From a virus, in IMG/VR virus record IMGVR_UViG_3300029959_000004, positions 1 through 64,000 of that record: DNA of 64,000 nt; one strand, 5' to 3'. Below the pieces are notes generated by a model that searched no databases, was not told the origin of the DNA, and saw nothing but the letters and a program-made list of their open reading frames with translations. Below are positions 39,177 through 48,572 of this stretch, one piece after another; the first letter of the stretch is position 1, and the number at the start of each line of letters is the position of its first letter. The position numbers and the translations under genes were made by a program.

Positions 39177-39825
39177 ATTTTAAACTCTTCGCTTTAGAAA
39201 CAAATTTCAATACCCAAAATATATACATTTTCATAGTTTCATAATTTAAAGTTCCATTAAACAATCTAAATTCAAGAGTTTTATAGCTGGAGTTTCTAAT
39301 ACAATCAATATTAAGAGCGTAATATTTTCTATCTTCTCTCCAGAAATCATCTTTGCAATACTTTCTAAACTCTGAAATATTATTTATCGTTAAGTTTTTA
39401 AGATGTTCAGGTAAAGGATGACAATATGAACACAATCTATTCCGTTGTACTTTAAATTTTGTTATAATAGCTTTTTGATTAACTAAAAATCTTTTAATTA
39501 CATTCGTTATTTCTTCGTCTGAAAAGTTTGATATATTAACGTGAATATGTAACCCACAAGTACTATTAATATATCCTTCGTTTGTTTTTATCATTTCTAA
39601 TAATTTTTTGATTTCTAATAACGATTTTTTGTTGTAAAAAAGATAATTTTTATATGAAGGTTTATATTCAAGTCCGTTGTCTAGCGAACCATCTTCTGTT
39701 ATTTCCCATCCTTCTAAGTAATGTTCTCTATTCCAACGTTTATTATTTATTATATCATAAGTATCAATATCGTCAGGATATTCAACCTCTATTTCTGGAC
39801 TAAATCTAATCTGTGTTATTCTCAT
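39163..39825 (-). CDS. Second putative amidoligase
   Basis: PEIEVE, EDGSL, TCGLHIHV, KYYALN and TLEFRLFNGTL motifs. Confidence 0.88.
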   Translation of the reverse strand: MRITQIRFSPEIEVEYPDDIDTYDIINNKRWNREHYLEGWEITEDGSLDNGLEYKPSYKNYLFYNKKSLLEIKKLLEMIKTNEGYINSTCGLHIHVNISNFSDEEITNVIKRFLVNQKAIITKFKVQRNRLCSYCHPLPEHLKNLTINNISEFRKYCKDDFWREDRKYYALNIDCIRNSSYKTLEFRLFNGTLNYETMKMYIFWVLKFVSKAKSLKYANI

Positions 39826-39835
39826 TTCTCTCTCC

Positions 39836-40102
39836 TTATTTTTTATTTATATTATTCATAAAATTCACGATTCCATATGGTTTAATATTTCTTTTAACTA
39901 ATTCTAGATGATGTTCCCAAACACCGTACCTATTTTGTGAGTCCCAATAAATATATGGAGAACAGTTTCTTGTTATGTAAGCTATCTTAAATTTTTTGTT
40001 TAATACCCAACCCGCTCCTCCATAAGAACAGTCATCATCAGATCCTTTAGATGTTAATACACATTTTACTTTATCTCCAATCTTAAATTTGGGGTTATTC
40101 AT
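39836..40102 (-). CDS. Small head/tail-motif cassette protein
   Basis: KFKIGDKV...NIKPYGIVNFM. Confidence 0.75.
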   Translation of the reverse strand: MNNPKFKIGDKVKCVLTSKGSDDDCSYGGAGWVLNKKFKIAYITRNCSPYIYWDSQNRYGVWEHHLELVKRNIKPYGIVNFMNNINKK

Positions 40103-40349
40103 AAAATTTCTTACAGAAATTAACTATATTATATGGTTTAATTGTCTTCTTTTTTACTAATACAAAACTATCTTCATTAATCCAATCTTCAAAATCTGGA
40201 TTATCTAAATCTCTAGTTTTTACAGCATCAAAATTATTATATTTTCTTCGTCCTATCTCTGTTATTACAGTTTTTCTCCCTATATTTTCTAGAGAAACAC
40301 CTCTACCACTTCTTATAACTTTTACTATGTCTCCAACTTTAAATTTCAC
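40095..40349 (-). CDS. Small head/tail-motif cassette protein
   Basis: MKFKVGDIV...TIKPYNIVNFCKKFYE. Confidence 0.75.
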   Translation of the reverse strand: MKFKVGDIVKVIRSGRGVSLENIGRKTVITEIGRRKYNNFDAVKTRDLDNPDFEDWINEDSFVLVKKKTIKPYNIVNFCKKFYE

Positions 40350-40375
40350 TTAAACTTCTCCTAATCTTAATATAT

Positions 40376-40501
40376 AATCTGACTAAAAAGGTGACTAACT
40401 ACCAATTTTTAGTTCTTATCGTGCTTTATATCAACTGATGTTGATAAAGGCGAGCAGAACCTTTTTAGTTTCGTTAGATTTTCACTAACTCTTCAGAGAT
40501 T
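40376..40501 (-). ncRNA. Hammerhead ribozyme, type I, with large insertion in stem III; predicted cleavage after GUC (40381/40380)
   Basis: AAUCU-CUGAAGA-GUUAG(UGAAAAU)CUAAC-GAAA-CUAAAAAGGU...ACCUUUUUAG-UC-AGAUU: complete core and three stems. Confidence 0.88.
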
Positions 40502-41406
40502 TTACGCTTTTACCAAGCGTTCCGAAGTCCATTCAGAATCAATTAATGACATTTCATCATCTGTGATAGATTGAGTATCCTCTACAGGATGAAATCCATT
40601 AGTTACTTCTCCTATTGAAACATCAAGAAGAGCAACTAATTTTCCTGAACGAATTAGCTGATATTTTCTATCATCAGAATCTTTTAAGACGTCTCCCGCT
40701 TTGAAAGTAACAATCTCCGGTACTAACTCAAATCTTGAAGCTTTAAAAGACACCTCTCTTCCAGCTTCGTTAATAATAACGAAGTTGCCATTTTCCTTCT
40801 GACGAATTACGTCATAAGTCTTACCAATCGCTAAATCTCTTGTTCCAGTTACATAAATAACTTTAACTTTCATTTCTTCCTCCTCTTTTGTTACTGGTTA
40901 ATAATAAATCATCTTATAGATGATCTGTTTTTCTCATTTCCTTTAGAAGCTTAACTATACCTAACCTATTTTTAGCTTCCATTAACTGCATTAACTTTTC
41001 CGCAAGATAGTCTTCTTCTGTTTCATATTTCTCTAAGAATTCTATCTCCCTTTCATTCTCCTCTACTTGTTTCTTTAATACATTAACTAAATTCTTTAAG
41101 TATTTAGCTTTTTCCTTTCTAGAAGCTAGACAGAAATCGTCTTTTTTATATCCTTCATAATCATAGAATATATTAAAAGTTGTATTTTTGTCACTTTTTA
41201 CAGAATAATATCCAACGTAGACCGCAGTAATTATTAAAACTTGTCCTTCATAACCAACAGTACCACTGTTTCTTCCTTTTATTAAAAGAATCTTGTCACC
41301 AACACTAAATTTATCTAAATCATTATCCATTTTATCTCCTTTTCTTTACAGTTAATAATATATAACTTTTATTTAGTAGTGTCTCACTTTATTCCTCCTT
41401 TCAATA

Positions 41407-41742
41407 TTAAAACCAAAATATAGGTCTATATATCGCATTTGGTAAACATCTTTGCATATTCTTTGCACCTATTGGATTACAACTATGTATTATTATTTTA
41501 CAGGTTAGATTTTTATCTTCAAGATATTTAGCTACCTGATAACCCGTATTTTCATCGTTTGAGTTGACAAATATTCTATTTCCTAAATCGTGATCTAAAC
41601 ATATTAAATCCCAATTTAAATCTCTTTTTAGAATATTAATAGCGTCTTTAGCTGTTTTGACAAATGTTATATTATGCCCAACATATTTTCTAGAGAAAGA
41701 ATCGTGTCTTGTTTGCATATCGTCAAGAAATAGAATTTTCAT
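41407..41742 (-). CDS. Cyclic-phosphate-processing receiver-domain protein (RNA-repair associated)
   Basis: ILFLDD.R, ICLDHDLG, TGYQVA and IIHSCNPIGAKNM are the signature motifs of this receiver subfamily. Confidence 0.8.
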   Translation of the reverse strand: MKILFLDDMQTRHDSFSRKYVGHNITFVKTAKDAINILKRDLNWDLICLDHDLGNRIFVNSNDENTGYQVAKYLEDKNLTCKIIIHSCNPIGAKNMQRCLPNAIYRPIFWF

Positions 41743-41753
41743 TTAATTCTCCT

Positions 41754-41972
41754 TCATTTATCATACATTTTTTTACAAAATTTAGATATTTCAAACTCTT
41801 TAACTGTATTTTTTTCTTTTATAAGAGAAAATCTAAAAGACATATAACCATATTTTCTACCAAGATTGTTTATTATATAAACCATATCGTCGGATTTTGA
41901 CAAAACATAATAGATTTTATTTATAGTTAATTCAATCCCACGTCCTGAATTATCTTTACATTTAACTTTCAT
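41754..41972 (-). CDS. Small tail-motif cassette protein
   Basis: ...TVKEFEISKFCKKMY. Confidence 0.7.
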   Translation of the reverse strand: MKVKCKDNSGRGIELTINKIYYVLSKSDDMVYIINNLGRKYGYMSFRFSLIKEKNTVKEFEISKFCKKMYDK

Positions 41973-41978
41973 ATGTTT

Positions 41979-42242
41979 TTAAAGAGATTTAATTAAATCA
42001 CCTCTCATAAAAGCTACTATCGGATATTCTCTGATAACTTTATTTTTTTCTATCAACTTCCAATTATTCAGGCAAGAACAACCACAATCGTGAGTGACTT
42101 CTGTCATTCTTCTTTGATTACTTGCATATAATATTTTACTTTCTTTAACCAATAAGTATCTTAGAGTGTAAATCTGTCCTTCCTTCGCTCCTGAACAATC
42201 AGACAATATTCTTATTTTATCTCCCTCTTTAAACTCTCGCAT
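41979..42242 (-). CDS. Small head/tail-motif cassette protein
   Basis: EFKEGDKI...VIREYPIVAFMR. Confidence 0.75.
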   Translation of the reverse strand: MREFKEGDKIRILSDCSGAKEGQIYTLRYLLVKESKILYASNQRRMTEVTHDCGCSCLNNWKLIEKNKVIREYPIVAFMRGDLIKSL

Positions 42243-42495
42243 TTACATTCTCCAAGAATTTTACTATGGGAAACGGTTTAATAACTTTCTTTTTCTTTTC
42301 AATTAATTCTATCATAAATTCTTTAATTAAATCACCCGTTTTTTCTTCGTGATTATAACTTGAATCCCATATTATAATATATTCATAAACGGAAAAGTAT
42401 CTTACGATAGTTCCTGTCCATCCTGTTTGAGCATAAGGTAGCCAAAGATCGTATGATATTACTACCTTTACTCGGTCTCCTTTTTTAAATTTCAT
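42229..42495 (-). CDS. Small head/tail-motif cassette protein
   Basis: MKFKKGDRV...VIKPFPIVKFLEN. Confidence 0.75.
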   Translation of the reverse strand: MKFKKGDRVKVVISYDLWLPYAQTGWTGTIVRYFSVYEYIIIWDSSYNHEEKTGDLIKEFMIELIEKKKKVIKPFPIVKFLENVNARV

Positions 42496-42754
42496 AGTAT
42501 TCTCTATAATAACTCTTTACTAGATTAAAATTAAAACTATTTATAAATCCATCTAGCATATCGAACCAACAATTAAAAAATCGCTGTAGTTTAGTGGGAA
42601 TTATTTTATATATAATCCAATGTATAAATTCATGAATAAAAGTTTCTATATAATCTATTCCTTTCATATCTTCTCTTATATAGATAGTTTCTTCATCTAA
42701 ATAACCATAAACATTAATATTTTCTTTACTCTTTCTGAAGAGTTGTACACGCAT
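42485..42754 (-). CDS. Small HExxH metallopeptidase-like protein
   Basis: IYI...ETFIHEFIH. Confidence 0.5.
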   Translation of the reverse strand: MRVQLFRKSKENINVYGYLDEETIYIREDMKGIDYIETFIHEFIHWIIYKIIPTKLQRFFNCWFDMLDGFINSFNFNLVKSYYREYYEI

Positions 42755-43247
42755 TAGACTTCTCCATAATTATTTTATAAAGTTTTTCATTAGATTTATC
42801 TAACTCTTTAACTTTATCAGTTAATTCTTGTATTTTTTCAGTTAATATTTCTACCGAACGTCTTTGATTTACACCAACTTTATTTTGTCTTAATTCATAT
42901 ATTTCTATTTGTTTTAAACTATTTTCCATATCTAAATCTTTGCATCCACTTAATAAAAACAAAGATAATATTATAAAGGCGATTTTCTTAGTTGTTTCTC
43001 TCATAAATCTGACTATTTCATATTCTCTTATTATTTTCTTTTTCTCAACTAATTCTAAATCACTCTCTAAAAAACCGGAGCATCCTCCAGCTTTCTTCTC
43101 AAAATTAGATACATAAACATAACAATCATAGATTTTCGGATTACTGACTATTCCTATTAAACCAACAAATGGGCAAAAATCACCACATACAAAACAATCA
43201 TTTTTTTTAACAACCTTTACTTTATCTCCAGTCTTAAATTTGCTCAT
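42726..43247 (-). CDS. Cassette protein fused in frame to a lipoprotein-like module
   Basis: MSKFKTGDKV...IIREYEIVRFMRETTKK followed by IAFIILSLFLLSGC and a coiled coil. Confidence 0.65.
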   Translation of the reverse strand: MSKFKTGDKVKVVKKNDCFVCGDFCPFVGLIGIVSNPKIYDCYVYVSNFEKKAGGCSGFLESDLELVEKKKIIREYEIVRFMRETTKKIAFIILSLFLLSGCKDLDMENSLKQIEIYELRQNKVGVNQRRSVEILTEKIQELTDKVKELDKSNEKLYKIIMEKSNACTTLQKE

Positions 43248-44721
43248 TTTATATATATTACAACACTTTTCCAAGATAAATCTTTTAATCTTTTTATTTC
43301 ATCTATCGCCCATCTAATAAAATCTTCACATTCTGACTGATTATCAAAATTTGCATATCCTTTTTTAAATACCCAATCATAATCTGCCATTTTTATCCTC
43401 CTACAGCACAATTTCCACAATCAAAATACATACTTGTATTAGTTTCTCTTCTATCTTTACTTCTTTCAGTATCTATAAAATCTTGCATATTTATAGATAA
43501 CTCTGCTACATTAGTCTCACAATCCGAACATTTAAAATTTATTTTTGTTTTAAGTTCCTTCAACATATCTTTTGGTATATTCTTTAATTTTACATATATT
43601 CTATTTATACCAAACTCGTCTCTACCAATTTTACCAATAAAAGTTTTTAACCCTTTTCCTCTCATTTTCTTTTTCTCCTCTTCTCATATATATAAATGAC
43701 TAAATAATTATATCTTCCTTCTAAACTTTTATCTATCTGCTCGGGACCAAAACCGCCTACAGAACCAAACAAATGTGCTTCTAATAATTCAATAAGAGCC
43801 TCAGCTTTTGCTGAATATTCTGCGACGCTTTGTGCCCAATCAACTTCAATATGTTGTCTCCACTGATTTATTTGTTGTATATCGTCTTTTATGTCTTTTA
43901 GAATTTTAACAAGAGGAATGCTCATATCTTTATTCATTTTTTCTCTACCACAACCAGTACAAATATTCTTACCTTTTTTATTTCTTTTGATTCCAACCCA
44001 ATTTGTGCAATTACAAGTCATTTTATTCTCCTTTTATATACTTGTGTAATATGGGTTATTCTCCTATAAACCAAATTCTTTTGAAGCCAACCCACCAAGA
44101 CGGTTTAGATTCCATAAACTTTCCGCAATGTAGACATCGTAACCAGAAACCTCCCGAAAATCTAACATCCAAATGTAAACAGTTTGTCATCTAAGTCTTC
44201 TTTTTAAAATTTAGCAAATCTTTCTATTATACTTTTAGCGTGATGTTGTCTATCCTCATATTTATCACTTCTATACATCAATTCATACCACCACATCATA
44301 GCTTTGTAAGTCCTACCTAATTCTTTAGCTAAATCAAAGAGTTTTTCTTCTTCCTTTATTTCATTAGAAGTTTTTGACTTGAATCTCTCTATTTCCCAGT
44401 CTTCTATAGGTTCCTTAAATCTATCTGCTGTTAAAATAGATTCCTTCTGATAGTTTCTCTTCATATTTCTTTTACCTAAGAACATGGACGCTGTTATCAT
44501 TATTTTAATGATATTTTTCAATAGAAACAACAGTTTCCAAAACTTCTTCTAAATGATATTTATCCTTTTTCCAGATAAAATCTCCACATGAGCTAATATA
44601 ATATGTATTTATTTTAATCCATTTAATTTCTTTGTTTTCAATAGCTCTAACTAAATCTTTTAGAATATTTCTTTTAAATCCTTTTATTTTAACATTGTTT
44701 AAATTTTTGGGAAATGCCATA

Positions 44722-46968
44722 TTAATCTCCTTTAATTACAGCCAAAGGGCTTAATTCCACAAGTATTTCTACTAAATCCGACTGATTTTTCATAACATCT
44801 TCAATTTTCTTATACGCTCCAGAAGCCTCTTCTAAATTATTTACATTTCTAATACCGTGAATAATTCCTTGATCGTCCAATATCTTAATTTCTTCTTTTA
44901 GATTTAATTGACGACAAGCCTCTTTTCTTCCCATAACTCTACCTGCACCGTGAGAACAACTTTCAAAGCTTTCTTTGTTTCCTAAACCTTTAACTATATA
45001 AGACTTAGTTCCTTGAGATCCCGGTATTATACCTATTGTTCCTTCACGAGCTAATGTTGCTCCTTTTCTATGTACTATTACATTCTCTCCAAAGTGATTT
45101 TCCCATATTGCGTAATTATGTGCTATATTTATTGTTGCTTTACCGCAACCGGTTTCTTGATTGTTTATGTCTTTTAGATAGAATCCTTCATCGTTAAATT
45201 CTTTGTTAAATATCTCTACTATATTACTCATCATTAAAAACCTATTAGCTAAAGCAAAATCCACACAATACTGCATTTCCAACATATAGTCTTTAGCTTC
45301 CTGAGTTTCTATAGGTAAGAAAGCCAATTCACATTCTTTAGGAACATAAACATACCACTTACCGTTTAGGTTCTTTGCTAACTCATTATAATAGTTAGCT
45401 ACTTTATATCCTAAGTTCCGACTTCCTGAATGTATCATAATCCAGATATTATTCTCGGTATCTTTTTGAATCTCAATAAAATGATTTCCCCCTCCTAAAG
45501 TACCGATTTGTTTTAACGCGTTGAAATATTCTTTTTTAATAACATTATAGTTTTCTAACATATCTCTAATTGTTTCTGCTTTAATTGGCATTAAATTTTC
45601 ATCTTGTCTTTCTTTATGACTTCCGTCACGCCCGTTTCCAACAGGAATAACTTCTCTAATCTTTCCCATTATCTTCTTTAAAGTTTCTCTATCTAATTGT
45701 TCTGATTTTAAAGAAGTCTTAACCGCACACATACCGCAATTATGAACAAATACCCCAGAAGATAAGGCAAAATTATGATATTTATCAATAGTTAAACAAT
45801 AAACATCTTCTTTTTTATTTATTAGTTTAATTGAAATAATTTTATGATTTTTTCTATTTTTATTCCAATAAGCTCCAAAACCATATTTTTTACCAATTTC
45901 AGAAGATTTGACTCTTCCTTTTTCAGATTTGTTATATTGAATTAAAAATTTCTTTCCTCTTTCTCCAGCTAATTTAGCTTGTTCTTTAAATTTTTCAGTT
46001 TTTGAATAATTAATCCAATTTTGTATTGCGTTCTTTTTTACAATTTCTTGGAAATCTTTTCTTTGATGTAATTTTCTCATATTTTCTGATGCCATTTTAG
46101 AAAATAAAATGGGATTATTCTTTCTTGCTATTTTAAATCCAACGATACCTAATTTAGAGTTTTTACCAACATTTTTATAATGTATTTCCCAATGTTTTTT
46201 CCAATTAACTCGTTTTATGTTTGTAGGGTTATTGTTATATTTATTAAAATCTATATGGTGTCTAACTCCTTTAGTTTTTTTATAAATACCATTTAATATA
46301 TTAAACTCATCTGCTAAAATATGAATATAGCGATACTTATTATTCTTAGGATTATAAATTACATTATAATCTTTCATTTTTTCTTTTTTAAATTGATGCT
46401 CAAATTCAATATCTTCCACTTCAAATGCTTTATTAATGTAAATTGGCATTAACGATTGTCCAATTTTTAATTTTTTCGCTCTAATTTCTTTATTTTCTCT
46501 ATCATAAAATATATGATCTTTAGTGCATTTAATTATTTCATTATTATCCAATTTTATTTCTAAAAGTTCGTTGGCAATTCGTGTTTTTCTGGGACTATTA
46601 ATTTTTGATATAACAATATTTGATTCTTTATCCAGAGAGTAACAAAAATTTTCTTTACCTCTATTATATTCTTTAATTAATTCTAAAAATGATAAATCTC
46701 TTCCATCAGTTAATTTAACTTTTGTATCACCAGTAAAACATCCAATATCAACACCTACTGCATTAGGTATTACTACTTTCTTAGTAGCTAATACTCCACC
46801 AATAGGCATACCAAATCCTTGATGACAGTCCGGCATTACCGCTATGTGTTTGAAAGCGAATGGTAAATTGGATAAATTAACCAATTGTTTCACAGCTCCG
46901 TCTTCTATCTCATCTAACCACATCTTTATTGGAACTTTTTGTTTATCTGTATCATATATTACTTTCAT
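44722..46968 (-). CDS. rtcB: RtcB RNA ligase (2',3'-cyclic phosphate/3'-P to 5'-OH) with intein
   Basis: MPDCHQG, PIGGV, VGVDIG|CGM, GTLGGGNHFIE, HSGSR, HNY, VHRKGAT, IPGS, SHGAGR and EASGAYK motifs. Confidence 0.96.
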   Translation of the reverse strand: MKVIYDTDKQKVPIKMWLDEIEDGAVKQLVNLSNLPFAFKHIAVMPDCHQGFGMPIGGVLATKKVVIPNAVGVDIGCFTGDTKVKLTDGRDLSFLELIKEYNRGKENFCYSLDKESNIVISKINSPRKTRIANELLEIKLDNNEIIKCTKDHIFYDRENKEIRAKKLKIGQSLMPIYINKAFEVEDIEFEHQFKKEKMKDYNVIYNPKNNKYRYIHILADEFNILNGIYKKTKGVRHHIDFNKYNNNPTNIKRVNWKKHWEIHYKNVGKNSKLGIVGFKIARKNNPILFSKMASENMRKLHQRKDFQEIVKKNAIQNWINYSKTEKFKEQAKLAGERGKKFLIQYNKSEKGRVKSSEIGKKYGFGAYWNKNRKNHKIISIKLINKKEDVYCLTIDKYHNFALSSGVFVHNCGMCAVKTSLKSEQLDRETLKKIMGKIREVIPVGNGRDGSHKERQDENLMPIKAETIRDMLENYNVIKKEYFNALKQIGTLGGGNHFIEIQKDTENNIWIMIHSGSRNLGYKVANYYNELAKNLNGKWYVYVPKECELAFLPIETQEAKDYMLEMQYCVDFALANRFLMMSNIVEIFNKEFNDEGFYLKDINNQETGCGKATINIAHNYAIWENHFGENVIVHRKGATLAREGTIGIIPGSQGTKSYIVKGLGNKESFESCSHGAGRVMGRKEACRQLNLKEEIKILDDQGIIHGIRNVNNLEEASGAYKKIEDVMKNQSDLVEILVELSPLAVIKGD
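45739..46740 (-). mobile_element. Intein (334 aa) with HNH endonuclease in rtcB, inserted before the active-site Cys
   Basis: Starts CFTGDT; CTKDH; RHHIDFNKYNNNPTN; ends GVFVHN followed by Cys. Confidence 0.92.
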
Positions 46969-47248
46969 TTTATATTCTCCTCTTTAGATTAGTTTTTAGA
47001 ATCTTGATGTGAAATTCTATATTCCCAATTCCACCAATCTTCTATAGTTCCTACATAAAATGTACCTTTTCTTTCTACAAAACACAGCCACGCTTTAACT
47101 TCTCTTTTATCTTTTGTAATATCTACAACTATAGGAAACCAAGCAAACCACTTGTGCCATTCTTCAAGTTTTTTTATTTCTTTATCTTTAATTTCTTTTT
47201 TCAATCTTACTATATTTTCTTTTGTATAACCATTAGTCCAAATCATCT

Positions 47249-47310
47249 ATTCTCCTTTCGGGCTTATTTAATGCCCTCATCAGTTAATGAATTACATTAA
47301 GAGGAACAAT
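47249..47310 (-). ncRNA. Hammerhead ribozyme, type III; predicted cleavage after CUC (47301/47300)
   Basis: UUCC-UC-UUAAUG(UAAUU)CAUUAA-CUGAUGA-GGGC(AUUAAAUAA)GCCC-GAAA-GGAG; loops I and II are complementary (UAAU/AUUA). Confidence 0.92.
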
Positions 47311-47850
47311 CTAAGTAGTAGATTTTTTAGAAATAACTCTCCATTGTCAATAGACCGCCAACAAAAAACACAAAACCTAAAAATAACCAACACAAAATAA
47401 CTATTTCTCGTCTTTCTATTCCATAACAACCACGAAACACACTATCTATATCTCCCAAAGTATGATCCATCTCTTGACCGCTTATTTGATACATAGCTTG
47501 TTGATATTCAAGAGATTTTTCTTTCATTCTAGAAGTTGTTTCTAGTCTGCTTATTAAAGTATCTAATATCTTTAATTGAGTAGATTTAGTCATTCTTTCC
47601 GTTTTAAAGATATAGTTAGCATGTTCTTCGCTAATATTACTAACTTTTTCTCTGTATTCCTTAAAATACATCAGTTTATCTTTAGCTGTTGAAGCGTCAT
47701 CCGCTAATTTTAAGAACTGTTTATATTTTACCTCGTAGTTATATGCAATATCAACTCCGAGAATTGTTCCTAAAACAAAAAACAATATTGCAAGACCAAA
47801 TAATAGAAATTTCATTCTTATCTCCTTTTTTGGTCTACTACTTAGATTGT
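47306..47850. repeat. Perfect 17-bp inverted repeat (47306-47322 / 47834-47850) bracketing one gene
   Basis: acaatctaagtagtaga and its reverse complement tctactacttagattgt. Confidence 0.9.
47327..47815 (-). CDS. Membrane protein with two terminal TM helices
   Basis: Hydrophobic N- and C-terminal segments; flanked by a 17-bp inverted repeat. Confidence 0.7.
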   Translation of the reverse strand: MKFLLFGLAILFFVLGTILGVDIAYNYEVKYKQFLKLADDASTAKDKLMYFKEYREKVSNISEEHANYIFKTERMTKSTQLKILDTLISRLETTSRMKEKSLEYQQAMYQISGQEMDHTLGDIDSVFRGCYGIERREIVILCWLFLGFVFFVGGLLTMESYF

Positions 47851-47858
47851 CAAAGAAC
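47847..47858 (-). promoter_or_regulatory. boxA-like antitermination element
   Basis: GTTCTTTGACAA in an intergenic position. Confidence 0.6.
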
Positions 47859-48572
47859 CAAACTTATTTACAAACAGATAGCTTGATGTGTTTTTTCATA
47901 TTCTTCCACGAACTTACATATTATAGTTCCATAGTCTCCTTCTATTCTCTCATTAGTATCTTTCTTAACAATAGACCAAGTTACAACCTGATGTTGTAAG
48001 TAGTTTTTATACTCCATTCTTTGTAGCATTATGTTATTATCCGTAAGAATATGAAAATTCTTTCTATCTCTCATTGCCATTTTCTGTGTTCCCATATAAA
48101 TTTTCCAAGCGTGTTCTTTTGCTCTTGCTAAAACCACATCAATTTGTTGCTTTTCTGTCAGGTTATTTAGCTTATTTACAACGTTTTGATCCATTTTACT
48201 TCCTCCTATTTAATAACCAAATTTATTTAGAGTATTGTCTAAATACGCTCTCATTACAATTAAAGTCGCTAAAAATTCATCATCTACGGTTATTTTTGTT
48301 CCACTTAAAGCTACAATATCGTCTAAAGCTACAATATCGTCAATTCTTTTTAATTTAGAGACCTTTTCATTTAGATTATCTGAAATTTTAAACATTTCAT
48401 CTCTACTTAATTTCTTTTTATTATTTCTCATTATCAAACTCTCTTTCTAATTTAACTATCTCTTCCTCTAATAAAATCTTCTCGTCTTCTGTTAAATCCT
48501 TAAAAATTACGTGAGCCTCTTTCATTAACTTAATAATATTTCCAACTTTTTCCATTTTTATTCTCCTTAATT

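Noticed and set aside
28603-43247. Diversity-generating retroelement as the cause of the repeated tails
   Set aside because: No reverse transcriptase in the window, and differences between copies are not adenine-specific.
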